A DNA stretch of 64,000 bases from an uncultured Roseburia sp. Its GTDB lineage: Bacteria; Bacillota; Clostridia; Lachnospirales; Lachnospiraceae. Made by a program: the position numbers and the translations under genes. Positions 39,412 through 51,299 of this stretch are shown piece by piece. Location: the NCBI GenBank assembly GCA_947647505.1, contig CANSKO010000009.1:20119-84118 (forward strand). Direction: 5' to 3'. Each line of letters starts with the position of its first letter. Positions within the stretch are counted from its first letter, which is position 1. The notes beneath the pieces were generated by a model that worked only from the letters and a program-made list of their open reading frames with translations, was not told the DNA's origin and made no database searches.

Positions 39412-41496
39412 ATGGCAAAGTACCTGGTAATCGTGGAATCGCCTGCAAAGGTAAAGACAATTCAAAAATTTCTGGGTAAAAATTATGAGGTGACTGCGTC
39501 GAATGGACATGTGCGTGATTTGCCGAAGAGCCAGCTCGGAATCGATGTCGAACATGATTTTGAACCGAAATACATTACCATCCGGGGGAAGGGGGACATC
39601 CTCGCAAGGCTTCGCAAAGAGGTAAAGAAGGCGGACAAAGTCTTTCTTGCGACGGATCCGGACCGGGAAGGAGAGGCGATTTCATGGCATCTTGCGAAAT
39701 CACTGAAGCTGGAAGGCAAAAACGTACACCGCATCAGTTTTAATGAGATCACAAAAAATGCGGTAAAAGCATCGCTTAAGGCTCCCCGGGAAGTGGATAT
39801 GGACCTGGTGAACGCACAGCAGGCAAGGCGTATGCTTGATCGAATGGTAGGCTATAAAATCAGTCCGCTTCTGTGGGCAAAGGTAAAGCGGGGCCTGAGC
39901 GCCGGCAGGGTGCAGTCCGTCGCGCTTCGCATGATCTGCGACAGGGAGGAAGAGATCAATGCCTTTATTCCCAGAGAATACTGGACGCTGGATGCGACGC
40001 TTGGCGTCTCCGGGGAAAAGCGTCCGCTGACAGCCCGATTTCATGGAAACGCTTCCGGGAAAATGGAAATTTCTTCCCGGGAAGAAATGGAAAAGATAAA
40101 GAAAGCGGTTGCGTCGGCGGAGTTTCAGATTCTGGAAGTGAAAAAAGGCGAACGCACGAAAAAAGCTCCGCTGCCGTTTACAACAAGCACGTTGCAGCAG
40201 GAAGCTTCCAGGGCGCTGAATTTTTCCATACAAAAGACGATGCGGCTTGCGCAGCAGTTATACGAAGGCGTCGATATCAAAGGACAGGGCACCGTAGGAT
40301 TGATTACGTACCTGAGAACGGATTCCATTCGTATTTCGGATGAGGCGGATCAGACGGCAAGAGCTTATATTGCAGACGCATACGGAGAGCGGTATGTGGG
40401 AGAACAGAGCGGCAAAAAGCAGGGGACGGCAAAAATACAGGATGCGCATGAAGCGATTCGTCCGTCCGATATTGCGCGCACGCCGGTACTGGTGAAAGAA
40501 TCCCTTTCCAGAGACCAGTTTCGCCTGTATCAGCTGATCTGGAGGCGTTTTACGGCCAGCAGGATGCATCCGGCGGTCTATGAGACGACTTCCGTGACGA
40601 TTCAGGCGGCGGATTACCGTTTTCACGTATCGGCGTCCAAAGTGGCGTTTGACGGCTTTTTATCCGTATACGCTTCGGAGGAGGAAGAAAAAGCGGGAAA
40701 CAACGTTTTGTTAAAATCGCTGGACAAAGATACGAAGCTTACGCTAAAGGAGCTTGGCGACAAACAGCATTTTACGCAGCCGCCGGCGCACTATACGGAA
40801 GCGTCTCTGGTAAAAGCGCTGGAGGAGCTTGGCATTGGACGGCCAAGTACATATTCTCCAACGATTACGACGCTGCTTGGAAGAAGATACGTGGTAAAGG
40901 AGAATAAAAATCTGTACATTACAGAGCTTGGCGAAGTCGTCAATTCCATTATGAAAGAATCGTTTCCGACTATCGTAGACGAACATTTTACCGCTAATAT
41001 GGAATCGCTTCTGGATAAAGTGGAGGAGGGGGCGGTAAGCTGGAAAGCCGTCGTCAGCAATTTTTATCCGGACCTGAAAGAAGCGGTGGAGAGTGCGGAA
41101 AAAGATCTGGAAAAAGTAAAAATTGAAGATGAAGTGACCGACGTGATCTGTGAAGAGTGCGGCAGGAACATGGTCGTCAAATATGGCCCGCATGGTAAAT
41201 TTTTAGCCTGCCCGGGATTTCCGGACTGCCGGAATACGAAGCCTTATCTGGAAAAGACAGGCATATCCTGTCCGCTGTGTCAGAAGGAGGTCGTCATTAA
41301 AAAGACGAAGAAGGGCAGAAAATATTACGGGTGTGAAAATAATCCGGAATGTGAATTTATGTCGTGGCAGAAGCCGTCGGAAAAAGCCTGTCCGAACTGC
41401 GGCGGCTATATGGTGGAAAAGGGAAATAAGCTGGCCTGTGTGGAAGAACAATGCGGTTACAGCGAAAAGAAAACGGAGCCAAAACAGGAAAAATAG
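39412..41496 (+). CDS. topA: DNA topoisomerase I
   Basis: VIVESPAK, ATDPDREGE, SAGRVQS, ITYLRTDS, C-terminal Zn ribbons. Confidence 0.97.
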   Translation: MAKYLVIVESPAKVKTIQKFLGKNYEVTASNGHVRDLPKSQLGIDVEHDFEPKYITIRGKGDILARLRKEVKKADKVFLATDPDREGEAISWHLAKSLKLEGKNVHRISFNEITKNAVKASLKAPREVDMDLVNAQQARRMLDRMVGYKISPLLWAKVKRGLSAGRVQSVALRMICDREEEINAFIPREYWTLDATLGVSGEKRPLTARFHGNASGKMEISSREEMEKIKKAVASAEFQILEVKKGERTKKAPLPFTTSTLQQEASRALNFSIQKTMRLAQQLYEGVDIKGQGTVGLITYLRTDSIRISDEADQTARAYIADAYGERYVGEQSGKKQGTAKIQDAHEAIRPSDIARTPVLVKESLSRDQFRLYQLIWRRFTASRMHPAVYETTSVTIQAADYRFHVSASKVAFDGFLSVYASEEEEKAGNNVLLKSLDKDTKLTLKELGDKQHFTQPPAHYTEASLVKALEELGIGRPSTYSPTITTLLGRRYVVKENKNLYITELGEVVNSIMKESFPTIVDEHFTANMESLLDKVEEGAVSWKAVVSNFYPDLKEAVESAEKDLEKVKIEDEVTDVICEECGRNMVVKYGPHGKFLACPGFPDCRNTKPYLEKTGISCPLCQKEVVIKKTKKGRKYYGCENNPECEFMSWQKPSEKACPNCGGYMVEKGNKLACVEEQCGYSEKKTEPKQEK

Positions 41497-41514
41497 AAAA
41501 TAATTAGAATATTA

Positions 41515-41543
41515 TTGAATATTCAGAAAAAATATGATAAGAT
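41515..41543 (+). promoter_or_regulatory. codY promoter with an overlapping CodY box
   Basis: TTGAAT-17 bp-TAAGAT; AATATTCAGAAAAAA (41518-41532) has 3 mismatches to AATTTTCWGAAAATT. Confidence 0.6.
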
Positions 41544-41589
41544 ACGTTTCAGTTATAAAAATTCGGAATACTTTACAGGAGGGTATCTT

Positions 41590-42369
41590 ATGAGCGTACA
41601 GTTGTTGGATAAGACAAGAAAAATTAATAAGCTTTTGCATAACAATAATTCTTCCAAAGTCGTATTCAATGATATCTGTGTGGTACTGACGGACATTTTA
41701 AAATCCAACATTCTGGTAATCAGCAAAAAGGGGAAGGTGCTTGGCAGCAGCATAAGCAGGGGAATTCCGGAAATTCATGAGCTGATTGTCGATGAAGTGG
41801 GGGATTTTATTGATCCGCTTTTGAATGACAGGCTGCTTGGAATCCTTTCCACAAAAGAAAATGTAAATCTGGAAACGCTTGGATTTACAGCCGATCTAAA
41901 ACGATATTGCGCCATTATTACGCCGATTGATATTGCAGGAGAGCGGCTTGGGACGTTGTTTGTATATCGCAGCTCCCCGCAGTATGACATTGACGATATT
42001 ATTCTCAGCGAATACGGCACGACCGTCGTCGGGCTGGAAATGATGCGTTCCGTCAATGAAGAAAGCGCGGAAGAAAATCGAAAGCTCCAGATTGTAAAAT
42101 CGGCGATTCATACGCTGTCTTTTTCAGAGCTGGAAGCGATTACGCATATTTTTGAAGAGCTGGACGGCAGCGAAGGCATTCTCGTTGCCAGCAAAATCGC
42201 AGACCGGGTTGGAATTACGCGCTCTGTTATTGTAAACGCGCTGCGCAAATTTGAGAGCGCGGGCGTTATTGAATCCCGTTCCTCCGGCATGAAGGGCACG
42301 TATATCAAAGTATTAAACGAAGTTGTTTTTGAAGAGCTGGAAAAAGTCAACCGGCAGAATCAGTCGTGA
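41590..42369 (+). CDS. codY: GTP/BCAA-sensing pleiotropic repressor CodY
   Basis: LLDKTRKIN, GERLGTL, ASKIADRVGITRSVIVNALRKFESAGVIESRS. Confidence 0.97.
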   Translation: MSVQLLDKTRKINKLLHNNNSSKVVFNDICVVLTDILKSNILVISKKGKVLGSSISRGIPEIHELIVDEVGDFIDPLLNDRLLGILSTKENVNLETLGFTADLKRYCAIITPIDIAGERLGTLFVYRSSPQYDIDDIILSEYGTTVVGLEMMRSVNEESAEENRKLQIVKSAIHTLSFSELEAITHIFEELDGSEGILVASKIADRVGITRSVIVNALRKFESAGVIESRSSGMKGTYIKVLNEVVFEELEKVNRQNQS

Positions 42370-42386
42370 GATTTTTTAAATTTTGC

Positions 42387-42485
42387 TTGCATATTAAAAA
42401 TAGTTGTGTTATACTGAATAAGCTGTTTTGCAGAGTGTAAATAAGCAATGTTTATTCAGGATAAATCGAGTGAGAGGTGAAAAGT
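42387..42485 (+). promoter_or_regulatory. rpmE promoter and structured leader (possible L31 autoregulatory leader)
   Basis: TTGCAT-17 bp-TATACT with TGn; imperfect hairpin GCTGTTTTGCA-gag-TGTAAATAAGC in the leader. Confidence 0.45.
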
Positions 42486-42692
42486 ATGAGAGAAGGAATC
42501 CATCCAGATTACCATCAGGCGACGGTAACGTGCAACTGCGGCAATACATTCGTGACGGGATCGACGAAGAAGGACATTCACGTTGAAATCTGTTCCAAAT
42601 GCCATCCGTTCTATACGGGACAGCAGAAGACGGCGCAGGCGCGCGGACGTATTGATAAGTTTAACAGGAAGTATGGCATGAGTCAGAATTAG
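42486..42692 (+). CDS. rpmE: 50S ribosomal protein L31 (Zn-binding form)
   Basis: [23 protein letters not shown]. Confidence 0.97.
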   Translation: MREGIHPDYHQATVTCNCGNTFVTGSTKKDIHVEICSKCHPFYTGQQKTAQARGRIDKFNRKYGMSQN

Positions 42693-42716
42693 AGTATGCC
42701 TGAAATTGGAGCATTG

Positions 42717-42747
42717 GGTTGAGATTCCTGTAATCTCAACCTTTTTT
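42717..42747 (+). terminator. Intrinsic terminator after rpmE
   Basis: GGTTGAGATT-cctgt-AATCTCAACC-TTTTTT. Confidence 0.85.
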
Positions 42748-42783
42748 GTCATAGATGGTCAAAAGATTTTTATGGAGAAGGCA

Positions 42784-43701
42784 ATGAACTATTCCGGTAT
42801 TGGCGGACAGGCGGTTATGGAGGGCGTTATGATGAAAAAAGGCGACGCCTATGCCGTTGCGGTCCGCAAACCCAACGGAGAAATAACGGTAGAGGCATCG
42901 GAATATTCCGGCGTTATTTCAAATCAGACAATCAAAAAACTGCCCGTTGTAAGGGGCATATGCAGTTTTCTGGAATCGCTTACGCTGGGATTTCGGACGC
43001 TGTCGTATTCTGCGTCTTTCTTTGAAGAAGAGGAGGAGCCGGCCAATCCGAAAAAAGAAGATCTTCTGATGAAGCTTACGCTGGCGGTTTCGGTGGCGTT
43101 TGCCATTGGGGTTTTTATGCTGCTTCCCTATGGAATTTCACTTTTGTTTCGCGACATGATTGCTTCCCGCTGGCTGATGGCGCTCTTAGAGGGCGCGCTG
43201 CGTCTTGTGATTTTTCTCGGATATGTGGCGGGGATTTCACGTCTGTCCGATATTCGAAGAGTGTATATGTATCATGGCGCGGAGCATAAGTGCATCAACT
43301 GCATTGAAAGCGGCATGGATTTAACGGTTGCAAACGTGCGGAAAAGTTCAAGGCTGCACAAACGTTGCGGCACCAGCTTTTTGCTGGTCGTCATGTTTGT
43401 CAGCATTTTGTTTTTTCTGTTTATTCAGGCGGATTCTCCGCTGCTGCGTCTGTTTTTGCGCGTGCTTTTCGTTCCCGTGATCGCAGGCGTTTCATATGAG
43501 TTTATACGGCTTGCCGGAAGGAGCGACAACCGGTTTGTCAATCTGATCAGCGCGCCGGGACTGCTGTTGCAGCGCATTACGACGAAAGAGCCGGAGGATG
43601 CGATGATCGAAGTCGGCATCGCGTCGGTGGAGGCCGTGTTTGACTGGCGGGCATATCTGAGAGAGATGCGAAGCGATACGGGTAAGGACGGTGGCGCATG
43701 A
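42784..43701 (+). CDS. DUF1385 family membrane protein
   Basis: IGGQAVMEGVMM, YHGAEHK, HKRCGTSF, TTKEP. Confidence 0.88.
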   Translation: MNYSGIGGQAVMEGVMMKKGDAYAVAVRKPNGEITVEASEYSGVISNQTIKKLPVVRGICSFLESLTLGFRTLSYSASFFEEEEEPANPKKEDLLMKLTLAVSVAFAIGVFMLLPYGISLLFRDMIASRWLMALLEGALRLVIFLGYVAGISRLSDIRRVYMYHGAEHKCINCIESGMDLTVANVRKSSRLHKRCGTSFLLVVMFVSILFFLFIQADSPLLRLFLRVLFVPVIAGVSYEFIRLAGRSDNRFVNLISAPGLLLQRITTKEPEDAMIEVGIASVEAVFDWRAYLREMRSDTGKDGGA

Positions 43702-44537
43702 CGTACCGGGAGGCTTTTTTGTACGGGGAGCGCCTGCTGGCGCAAAACGGAATTTCGGACGCGGAGACGGATGCGCGTCTGCTGCTTTTTTTTGCTGCTG
43801 AAATCGACGGAAATGCCTATTACATGCAAATGCAAAAAGAGCTGCCGCAGGAAAAAAAGACGGCCTATGATGCGATGCTAAGGCGGCGGGCAAATCGGAT
43901 TCCATTGCAGCATATTACCGGGGAGCAGGAGTTTATGGGGCTTCGTTTTCTGGTCAGCGAGCATGCGCTGATTCCAAGACAGGATACGGAAATCCTTGTG
44001 GAGGAGGCGTTAAAACGCGTAAAGCCTGGCATGCGCGTTCTGGACATGTGCACAGGCTCCGGCTGCATTATAACAAGTATTGTAAAGTATGCGCCGTCCG
44101 TATGCGGGGTGGCTGCGGATCTGTCGCCGCACGCGCTCTCTCTGGCGAGGGAGAACGCCCGATTAAACGGCGTAACGGTGGAATTTGTGCAAAGCGACCT
44201 GTTCGCTGAGATTTCGGGAAGCTTTGATATGATCGTATCCAATCCGCCGTATATACCTACCGGAGAGATTGCGGGGCTTGCGCCGGAAGTCAGAGAGCGT
44301 GAGCCGCGGCTTGCGCTGGATGGACGGGCGGACGGGCTTTGGTTTTACCGCAGGATTTTAAGCGAAGGCGCGCCATATTTAAAGCCGGGCGGCGATCTGC
44401 TGTTTGAAATCGGGGCAGATCAAAAGGAAGCGGTTTTTGCGCTTATGAGAGACGCGGGCTGCCATATGATAAACGGAATCAAAGACCTGGCGGGGCTTGA
44501 CCGGGTCGTGACAGGAAAGGGAAGGAATTATGTTTGA
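43698..44537 (+). CDS. prmC: Release factor glutamine methyltransferase
   Basis: [23 protein letters not shown]. Confidence 0.95.
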   Translation: MTYREAFLYGERLLAQNGISDAETDARLLLFFAAEIDGNAYYMQMQKELPQEKKTAYDAMLRRRANRIPLQHITGEQEFMGLRFLVSEHALIPRQDTEILVEEALKRVKPGMRVLDMCTGSGCIITSIVKYAPSVCGVAADLSPHALSLARENARLNGVTVEFVQSDLFAEISGSFDMIVSNPPYIPTGEIAGLAPEVREREPRLALDGRADGLWFYRRILSEGAPYLKPGGDLLFEIGADQKEAVFALMRDAGCHMINGIKDLAGLDRVVTGKGRNYV

Positions 44538-45612
44538 CAAATTAGAAGATCTTGTGCTGCGTCTGGAGGAAATTTTAAATCAGTTAAGCGAGCCGGACGT
44601 AGCGTCCGATGCGGATCGTTTTCGCAGACTGATGAAGGAGCAGAGCGATCTGACGCCGATTGTAGAGGCGTATCAGGCGTATAAGCAGAATAAGCAGAGC
44701 ATAGAAGATTCCCTGCTTTTGCTGGAAGAAGAAAACGACGAGGAGATGCGGGAGCTGGCAAAAGAGGAATTAAACGAATGCAGGGCAAACGTGGAAGCGC
44801 TGGAAGAGAAGCTGAAAATTCTGCTGCTGCCCAAAGATCCAAACGATGATAAGAACGTGATCGTGGAAATCCGCGCCGGAGCCGGAGGAGACGAAGCGGC
44901 TTTGTTTGCGGCGGAAATCTATCGCATGTACGTGCATTATGCGGAGGGCAGACGCTGGAAGGCGGAGATGATGGAGTGCGAGGAAATTGGCATTGGCGGC
45001 ATGAAGAACATCAGCTTTATGGTAACGGGGCAGGGCGCGTATTCTGTGCTGAAATATGAATCCGGCGTGCATCGCGTACAGCGCGTGCCGGAAACGGAAT
45101 CGGGCGGGCGCATCCATACGTCTACGATCAGCGTGGCGGTGATGCCGGAAGCGGAAGAGGTGGAAGTTGAGATCGATGAAAAAGACATCCGCATCGACGT
45201 TATGCGCGCGTCCGGCAACGGCGGCCAGTGCGTCAATACGACGGATTCCGCCGTTCGTCTGACGCATTATCCGACGGGCATCGTCGTATACAGCCAGACG
45301 GAAAAATCACAGCTTCAGAACAAAGCGAAGGCGTTTGCGCTGCTGCGCGCAAAGCTGTACGATATGGAATGCCAGAAGGCGCACGACGCAGAGGCGGAAG
45401 CCAGAAGGAGCCAGATTGGGACGGGAGACCGTTCGGAGAAAATCCGCACCTACAATTTTCCGCAGGGGCGCGTAACGGATCACAGGATTGGCCTGACGCT
45501 TTATAAGCTGGATAAAATTATGAACGGAGAGATTCAGGAAATCGTAGACGCGTGCGTGGCGGCAGATCAGGCGGAGAAGCTGGCGAAAATGAATGAAGGG
45601 AAGGAATGCTGA
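44530..45612 (+). CDS. prfA: Peptide chain release factor 1
   Basis: RVPETE (PxT), [18 protein letters not shown]. Confidence 0.97.
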   Translation: MFDKLEDLVLRLEEILNQLSEPDVASDADRFRRLMKEQSDLTPIVEAYQAYKQNKQSIEDSLLLLEEENDEEMRELAKEELNECRANVEALEEKLKILLLPKDPNDDKNVIVEIRAGAGGDEAALFAAEIYRMYVHYAEGRRWKAEMMECEEIGIGGMKNISFMVTGQGAYSVLKYESGVHRVQRVPETESGGRIHTSTISVAVMPEAEEVEVEIDEKDIRIDVMRASGNGGQCVNTTDSAVRLTHYPTGIVVYSQTEKSQLQNKAKAFALLRAKLYDMECQKAHDAEAEARRSQIGTGDRSEKIRTYNFPQGRVTDHRIGLTLYKLDKIMNGEIQEIVDACVAADQAEKLAKMNEGKEC

Positions 45613-46190
45613 AAGATAAGGATATCCGGGAACCGCTTTATGATTTTTTAGAGGAGCGTTACGGAAAAATCAGAATTATAGAAGAAAAGACGATGGGCAG
45701 GTCGCGGGCGGACGCCGTGATGGTTCTGCCGGATCTTCTGATCGGCATAGAAATCAAAAGCGACGCCGATACGTATGCAAGGCTGAGCCGGCAGGTAAAC
45801 GATTACGAGAAATATTTTGATGCAAATATGATTGTCGTCGGTTCGACGCATGCGCTGCATGTCCGTGAGCATGTGCCGCAGACATGGGGCATTGTGTCGG
45901 TGGAACGCTGGGCGGATACGCTTGATTTTTACGTGATACGGGATATGCAGCCAAATATGCGAATGAATCCTGGTAAAAAGCTTGAGCTGCTTTGGAGAAA
46001 GGAGCTGCTGTCCATACAGAAGAAAAACGGGATGCCTGCCTTTCGGAACAGAAGCCGGGAATTTGTAAAGCATAAGATACTGGAGAGGGTTCCGCGGGAA
46101 ACGCTGCAAAAACAGATCAGCGATGAGCTGTTTGAGCGGGATTATACGCTGATGGGGGAAGAAATGCGCCGTTTTTCAGATGCTTTGTAG
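45606..46190 (+). CDS. sce7726-like protein (PD-(D/E)xK nuclease fold)
   Basis: SRADAV...[13 protein letters not shown]...Y; LELLWRKEL. Confidence 0.7.
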   Translation: MLKDKDIREPLYDFLEERYGKIRIIEEKTMGRSRADAVMVLPDLLIGIEIKSDADTYARLSRQVNDYEKYFDANMIVVGSTHALHVREHVPQTWGIVSVERWADTLDFYVIRDMQPNMRMNPGKKLELLWRKELLSIQKKNGMPAFRNRSREFVKHKILERVPRETLQKQISDELFERDYTLMGEEMRRFSDAL

Positions 46191-46255
46191 GAAGCTTTTG
46201 CATTGGGCGCTTTTGTCGTGTTTTTCGATTGTACCGGAAACCGGGTTTTTGTGGG

Positions 46256-46302
46256 AATATATCCCGAAGGCTGTAAATTGCAGCCTTCGGGATATATTTT
46301 TA
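46256..46302. terminator. Bidirectional terminator with an 18-bp stem
   Basis: AATATATCCCGAAGGCTG-taaattg-CAGCCTTCGGGATATATT(TTT) between convergent genes. Confidence 0.85.
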
Positions 46303-46312
46303 TCCTGCGTCG

Positions 46313-48139
<1,827 letters not shown>

Positions 48140-48146
48140 CTACAAA

Positions 48147-48173
48147 TATTTTATGGATATACAAAATATTTGT
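48147..48173 (-). promoter_or_regulatory. sigmaK-type promoter of the BclB-like gene
   Basis: Minus strand AC-16 bp-CATAAAATA; lies within an 11-bp perfect inverted repeat. Confidence 0.65.
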
Positions 48174-48213
48174 TACAATTTTGAGAAAAGCAGAATATAT
48201 GTAAAAAAATTAT

Positions 48214-49290
48214 CTAAGAAAGTGGAAGGCTGTCAAAATATTGTTTGTTATAAAGATAGGCTTTGGAGTAAGGCTTGCAGGCTCCGGCCCGTTCATTGTA
48301 TTCGTTTGCTTTTTTATGGTCTCCCATTTTGTCGAAACATACACACAGCTGCAGAAGGGGGATATAATCATAGCAATCCGGCAGGACAAATCCACCGGAA
48401 TGTTCATTTTTGGGTCTGCTCAGCGCAGTTTCGTACCAGTAGGCGGCAGTATGATAATTTCCACGCTCCAGAAAATGTTTTCCGATTTCACAGCATAATT
48501 CAGCTCTTGGCAAGTCAAAACTCATACTGCGCAGGAGCGCGTTTAATGCGGACTGTTCCTGGCCCAGCCGGTAATAACAGCTGGCGCAGACAGAGCATGC
48601 CTCAATCTTGTTTTCGACCCATCCCTGCGCGGATGGAAGGAATTGCTCCAGAACAGAAACGGCTTCTTCATATTGTTTGTGATAGTATAATTCACGCCCG
48701 TAATAATACTGCTGGCGTGGATCGAGAGACTTTCCTTCTGCGAGCGCTTTTCTGTAAATGTTCAGATTCCGATCCGGATCTCCCACAGTTGTTTTTTTGT
48801 GGCAGATTGCAATATCCGAGTAAATGACGTTGCCGTCCGGAGGAATGACTTCATGGACGGCTCCGATCCACCGGTATTTGGAATGGTTTCGAATCCATCG
48901 TTCTCTGAAATAAGAAAAAGAGGGATGGCCGGCTTCATCAAAGGACGTGTGATATTTCATCATAACCATATCCACATCTGGTGAAAGAGTCTGTTTTAAC
49001 TGTAGAAAATGATCTTTTTCCGTTTCTTCCAGAATATCGTCGGCATCCAGCCACATGCAGTAGTCCATGGACGCTCTGGAAAAAGAAGCGTTTCTGGCGT
49101 CTGAGAAATCATCGCTCCACGGATGTGAATAGATTTTTTGTGTGTAATGGGACGCGATTTCCATTGTTTGATCCGTGGAACCGGTATCTACAATAATGAT
49201 TTCATCTACAAGTTTTGCCACGCTGTCCAGGCAGCGCGCAATATGCATTTCTTCATTTTTGACAATCATACAAAGACTGATGGTTGGCAT
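48214..49290 (-). CDS. GT2 glycosyltransferase with TPR repeats (spore glycoprotein glycosylation type)
   Basis: ISLCMIVKNEE, VDTGSTD, DFSDARN, WLDADD, GAVHE, C-terminal TPRs. Confidence 0.92.
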   Translation of the reverse strand: MPTISLCMIVKNEEMHIARCLDSVAKLVDEIIIVDTGSTDQTMEIASHYTQKIYSHPWSDDFSDARNASFSRASMDYCMWLDADDILEETEKDHFLQLKQTLSPDVDMVMMKYHTSFDEAGHPSFSYFRERWIRNHSKYRWIGAVHEVIPPDGNVIYSDIAICHKKTTVGDPDRNLNIYRKALAEGKSLDPRQQYYYGRELYYHKQYEEAVSVLEQFLPSAQGWVENKIEACSVCASCYYRLGQEQSALNALLRSMSFDLPRAELCCEIGKHFLERGNYHTAAYWYETALSRPKNEHSGGFVLPDCYDYIPLLQLCVCFDKMGDHKKANEYNERAGACKPYSKAYLYNKQYFDSLPLS

Positions 49291-49311
49291 GTTGGCTCCT
49301 TCCTTTTTGAT

Positions 49312-50511
49312 TTATTGTCTGCCAAGTTTTTCTATACTCAGGTTCATATTGATTTTAGAAGCGCCTGCGGAAGAGTCCCATGCAAAGAACAGCGTGGACG
49401 CATGGGGGAGCTGGATTATAAAATATCTTGACAGAACAAGCTGTTCTTTTCGCCTTGCGGCCTCTGCGCATGTAGCATAGGCTGTTTGTTCGCAGTCATT
49501 AAATATGGGTGTAAGCTTTATAAAGCCATGCCTTTTCACTGCTGTGGATATGTAATAACAGATGGCATAATACCCGGGAGTCAGAAATACGGAATAGTCA
49601 TTGCAGAGAGTAATGTTTTGGGTGGTGTCCGGGATATCTGCTTTAAGCGGAAGGCTGGCGCTTTCCGGCAGCATAATCTCACGGCCCAAAAACGATGCAA
49701 AGGAGCTGTTTTGCGGATAGCCGGGAGGTCCCGCCGGGCCGCGTGGCCCGGGTTCGCCAACCGGACCCTGCGGACCTGTTTCACCCTGCGCGCCCTGTGG
49801 TCCCGTAACGCCCTGCGGACCAGGCTCCCCGCGCTCGCCGGGACAGCCCTGCGGTCCGGGAGCTCCTCTTGGGCCCTGTGGTCCGGGTTCGCCTCTTGGT
49901 CCGGGCGGACCCGGTATCCTGCAGCAGTCCGGACAGCATTGCGGCATGGAATTACAGCAGTCGTCCGGATGGCATGGCGGCATAGGGTTGCAGCAATTGT
50001 CCGGATGGCATGGCTGTGTTGGGTTGCAGCAGTCGTCCGGATGGCATGGCTGTGTTGGGTTGCAGCAGTCGTCTGGATGGCATGGCGGCATAGGGTTGCA
50101 GCAATTGTCCGGATGGCATGGCTGTGTTGGGTTGCAGCAGTCGTCCGGATGGCATGGCTGTGTTGGGTTGCAGCAGTCGTCTGGATGGCATGGCGGCATA
50201 GGGTTGCAGCAGTCGTCCGGATGGCATTGCGGAGTAGGATTGCAGCAGTCATCCAGGCAGCATTGCTGTGTTGGGTTGCAACGGTCGTCTGTATGGCGCT
50301 GCTGCGTTGGATCGTTGCAGCAGGAAACATCATGCGTTTCAGATTTTATGGCGTCTGTATGCTGCGAAAGATCGGATGCGGCCGCATTTGCCTCAGAGGT
50401 GCAGCGGGAGGAGGGAGGAACGGTGTTTTGGCTGCAATTTCTATTGAAATTTCTTCTCATGCCAAACAAATTCGGCGGATGAAACAGCCAGTTCGTATTC
50501 AGATTGTTCAA
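49312..50511 (-). CDS. Cys-rich repeat protein with short collagen segment and BclA_C-like C-terminal domain
   Basis: GAGGTG RBS + TTG at 50511; about 11 x [12 protein letters not shown]; 22 GXY triplets; beta-rich C-terminus ([10 protein letters not shown]). Confidence 0.8.
   Translation of the reverse strand: MNNLNTNWLFHPPNLFGMRRNFNRNCSQNTVPPSSRCTSEANAAASDLSQHTDAIKSETHDVSCCNDPTQQRHTDDRCNPTQQCCLDDCCNPTPQCHPDDCCNPMPPCHPDDCCNPTQPCHPDDCCNPTQPCHPDNCCNPMPPCHPDDCCNPTQPCHPDDCCNPTQPCHPDNCCNPMPPCHPDDCCNSMPQCCPDCCRIPGPPGPRGEPGPQGPRGAPGPQGCPGERGEPGPQGVTGPQGAQGETGPQGPVGEPGPRGPAGPPGYPQNSSFASFLGREIMLPESASLPLKADIPDTTQNITLCNDYSVFLTPGYYAICYYISTAVKRHGFIKLTPIFNDCEQTAYATCAEAARRKEQLVLSRYFIIQLPHASTLFFAWDSSAGASKINMNLSIEKLGRQ
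49921..50322 (-). repeat. 36-bp tandem coding repeat (about 11 copies) with a 108-bp higher-order unit
   Basis: Unit GCAGCAGTCGTCCGGATGGCATGGCTGTGTTGGGTT repeated without spacers; MPP/TQP/TQP variants recur in order. Confidence 0.92.
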
Positions 50512-50654
50512 TTGGGAGTCACCTCGTTTCTGGTTGATGTTGCGTGATGGCGCATGTATCCGATTATGGGATATGCCATATGGCGCAAAAGGCATAAATT
50601 TTTCAGTCATATTGAAAATGTATGTCATATTTGGAGTTTCAGAGCGTATAATAA

Positions 50655-50680
50655 ATGATATGCATAAAATAAAATTTTGT
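50655..50680 (-). promoter_or_regulatory. sigmaK-type promoter of the Cys-repeat/GT2 operon
   Basis: Minus strand AC-16 bp-CATATCAT. Confidence 0.55.
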
Positions 50681-50825
50681 TTTTCGGATTTGCTGTCAGG
50701 TATCCATACAATTCCATCCACGTATAAAACCCCCTATTGAAATTAAAACACCGCTGTGACATAATAATACTATGGAATTATGTCATGGCGGCGTTTTATG
50801 CGTCTGACAGAAGGAGGGAATATCT

Positions 50826-51299
50826 GTGGCAGAACGGGAATTGCAGCTTTATGGACAGGCAGAGCCGATTCGGATCAGGCCGTATGAGCATCATGCAAAA
50901 TATTATGAGACGGATCAGATGGGAATCATTCATCATTCCAATTACATCCGCTGGATGGAAGAGGCCAGGATGGATTTGATGGAGCAGATCGGGTTATCCT
51001 ATAAGGGGATGGAGCGTATGGAGATTATCAGCCCGGTGCTGTCTGTGACGTGCGAATATAAGAGCATGGTGCATTTTGACGATACGGTTGTGATCGAGGC
51101 GAAGATCGCGGAATACAACGGAATCAAAATGAAAATGGAATACCGCATGACAGATAAGAAGACGGGAGAGCTCAGAACGCTTGCAACGAGCGAGCATTGC
51201 TTTTTAAACCGCAGCGGCAAGCCGATTTCCCTGAAACGCTCTTATCCGGAGCTGGATACCCGGTTTTTTGAATTTTATGAGGAGAAGGAAGATGTCTGA
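50826..51299 (+). CDS. YbgC/4HBT family acyl-CoA thioesterase
   Basis: YYETDQMGIIHHSNYIRWMEEAR. Confidence 0.9.
   Translation: MAERELQLYGQAEPIRIRPYEHHAKYYETDQMGIIHHSNYIRWMEEARMDLMEQIGLSYKGMERMEIISPVLSVTCEYKSMVHFDDTVVIEAKIAEYNGIKMKMEYRMTDKKTGELRTLATSEHCFLNRSGKPISLKRSYPELDTRFFEFYEEKEDV

Noticed and set aside
49921-50322. 36-bp repeats resembling a CRISPR array
   Set aside because: Units are head-to-tail with no unique spacers, keep the reading frame of a coding gene, and no cas genes are present
49486-50547. Alternative-frame ORFs across the Cys repeat (353, 250 and 178 aa)
   Set aside because: Open frames arise from the stop-free tandem repeat; only one frame joins the collagen and C-terminal domain
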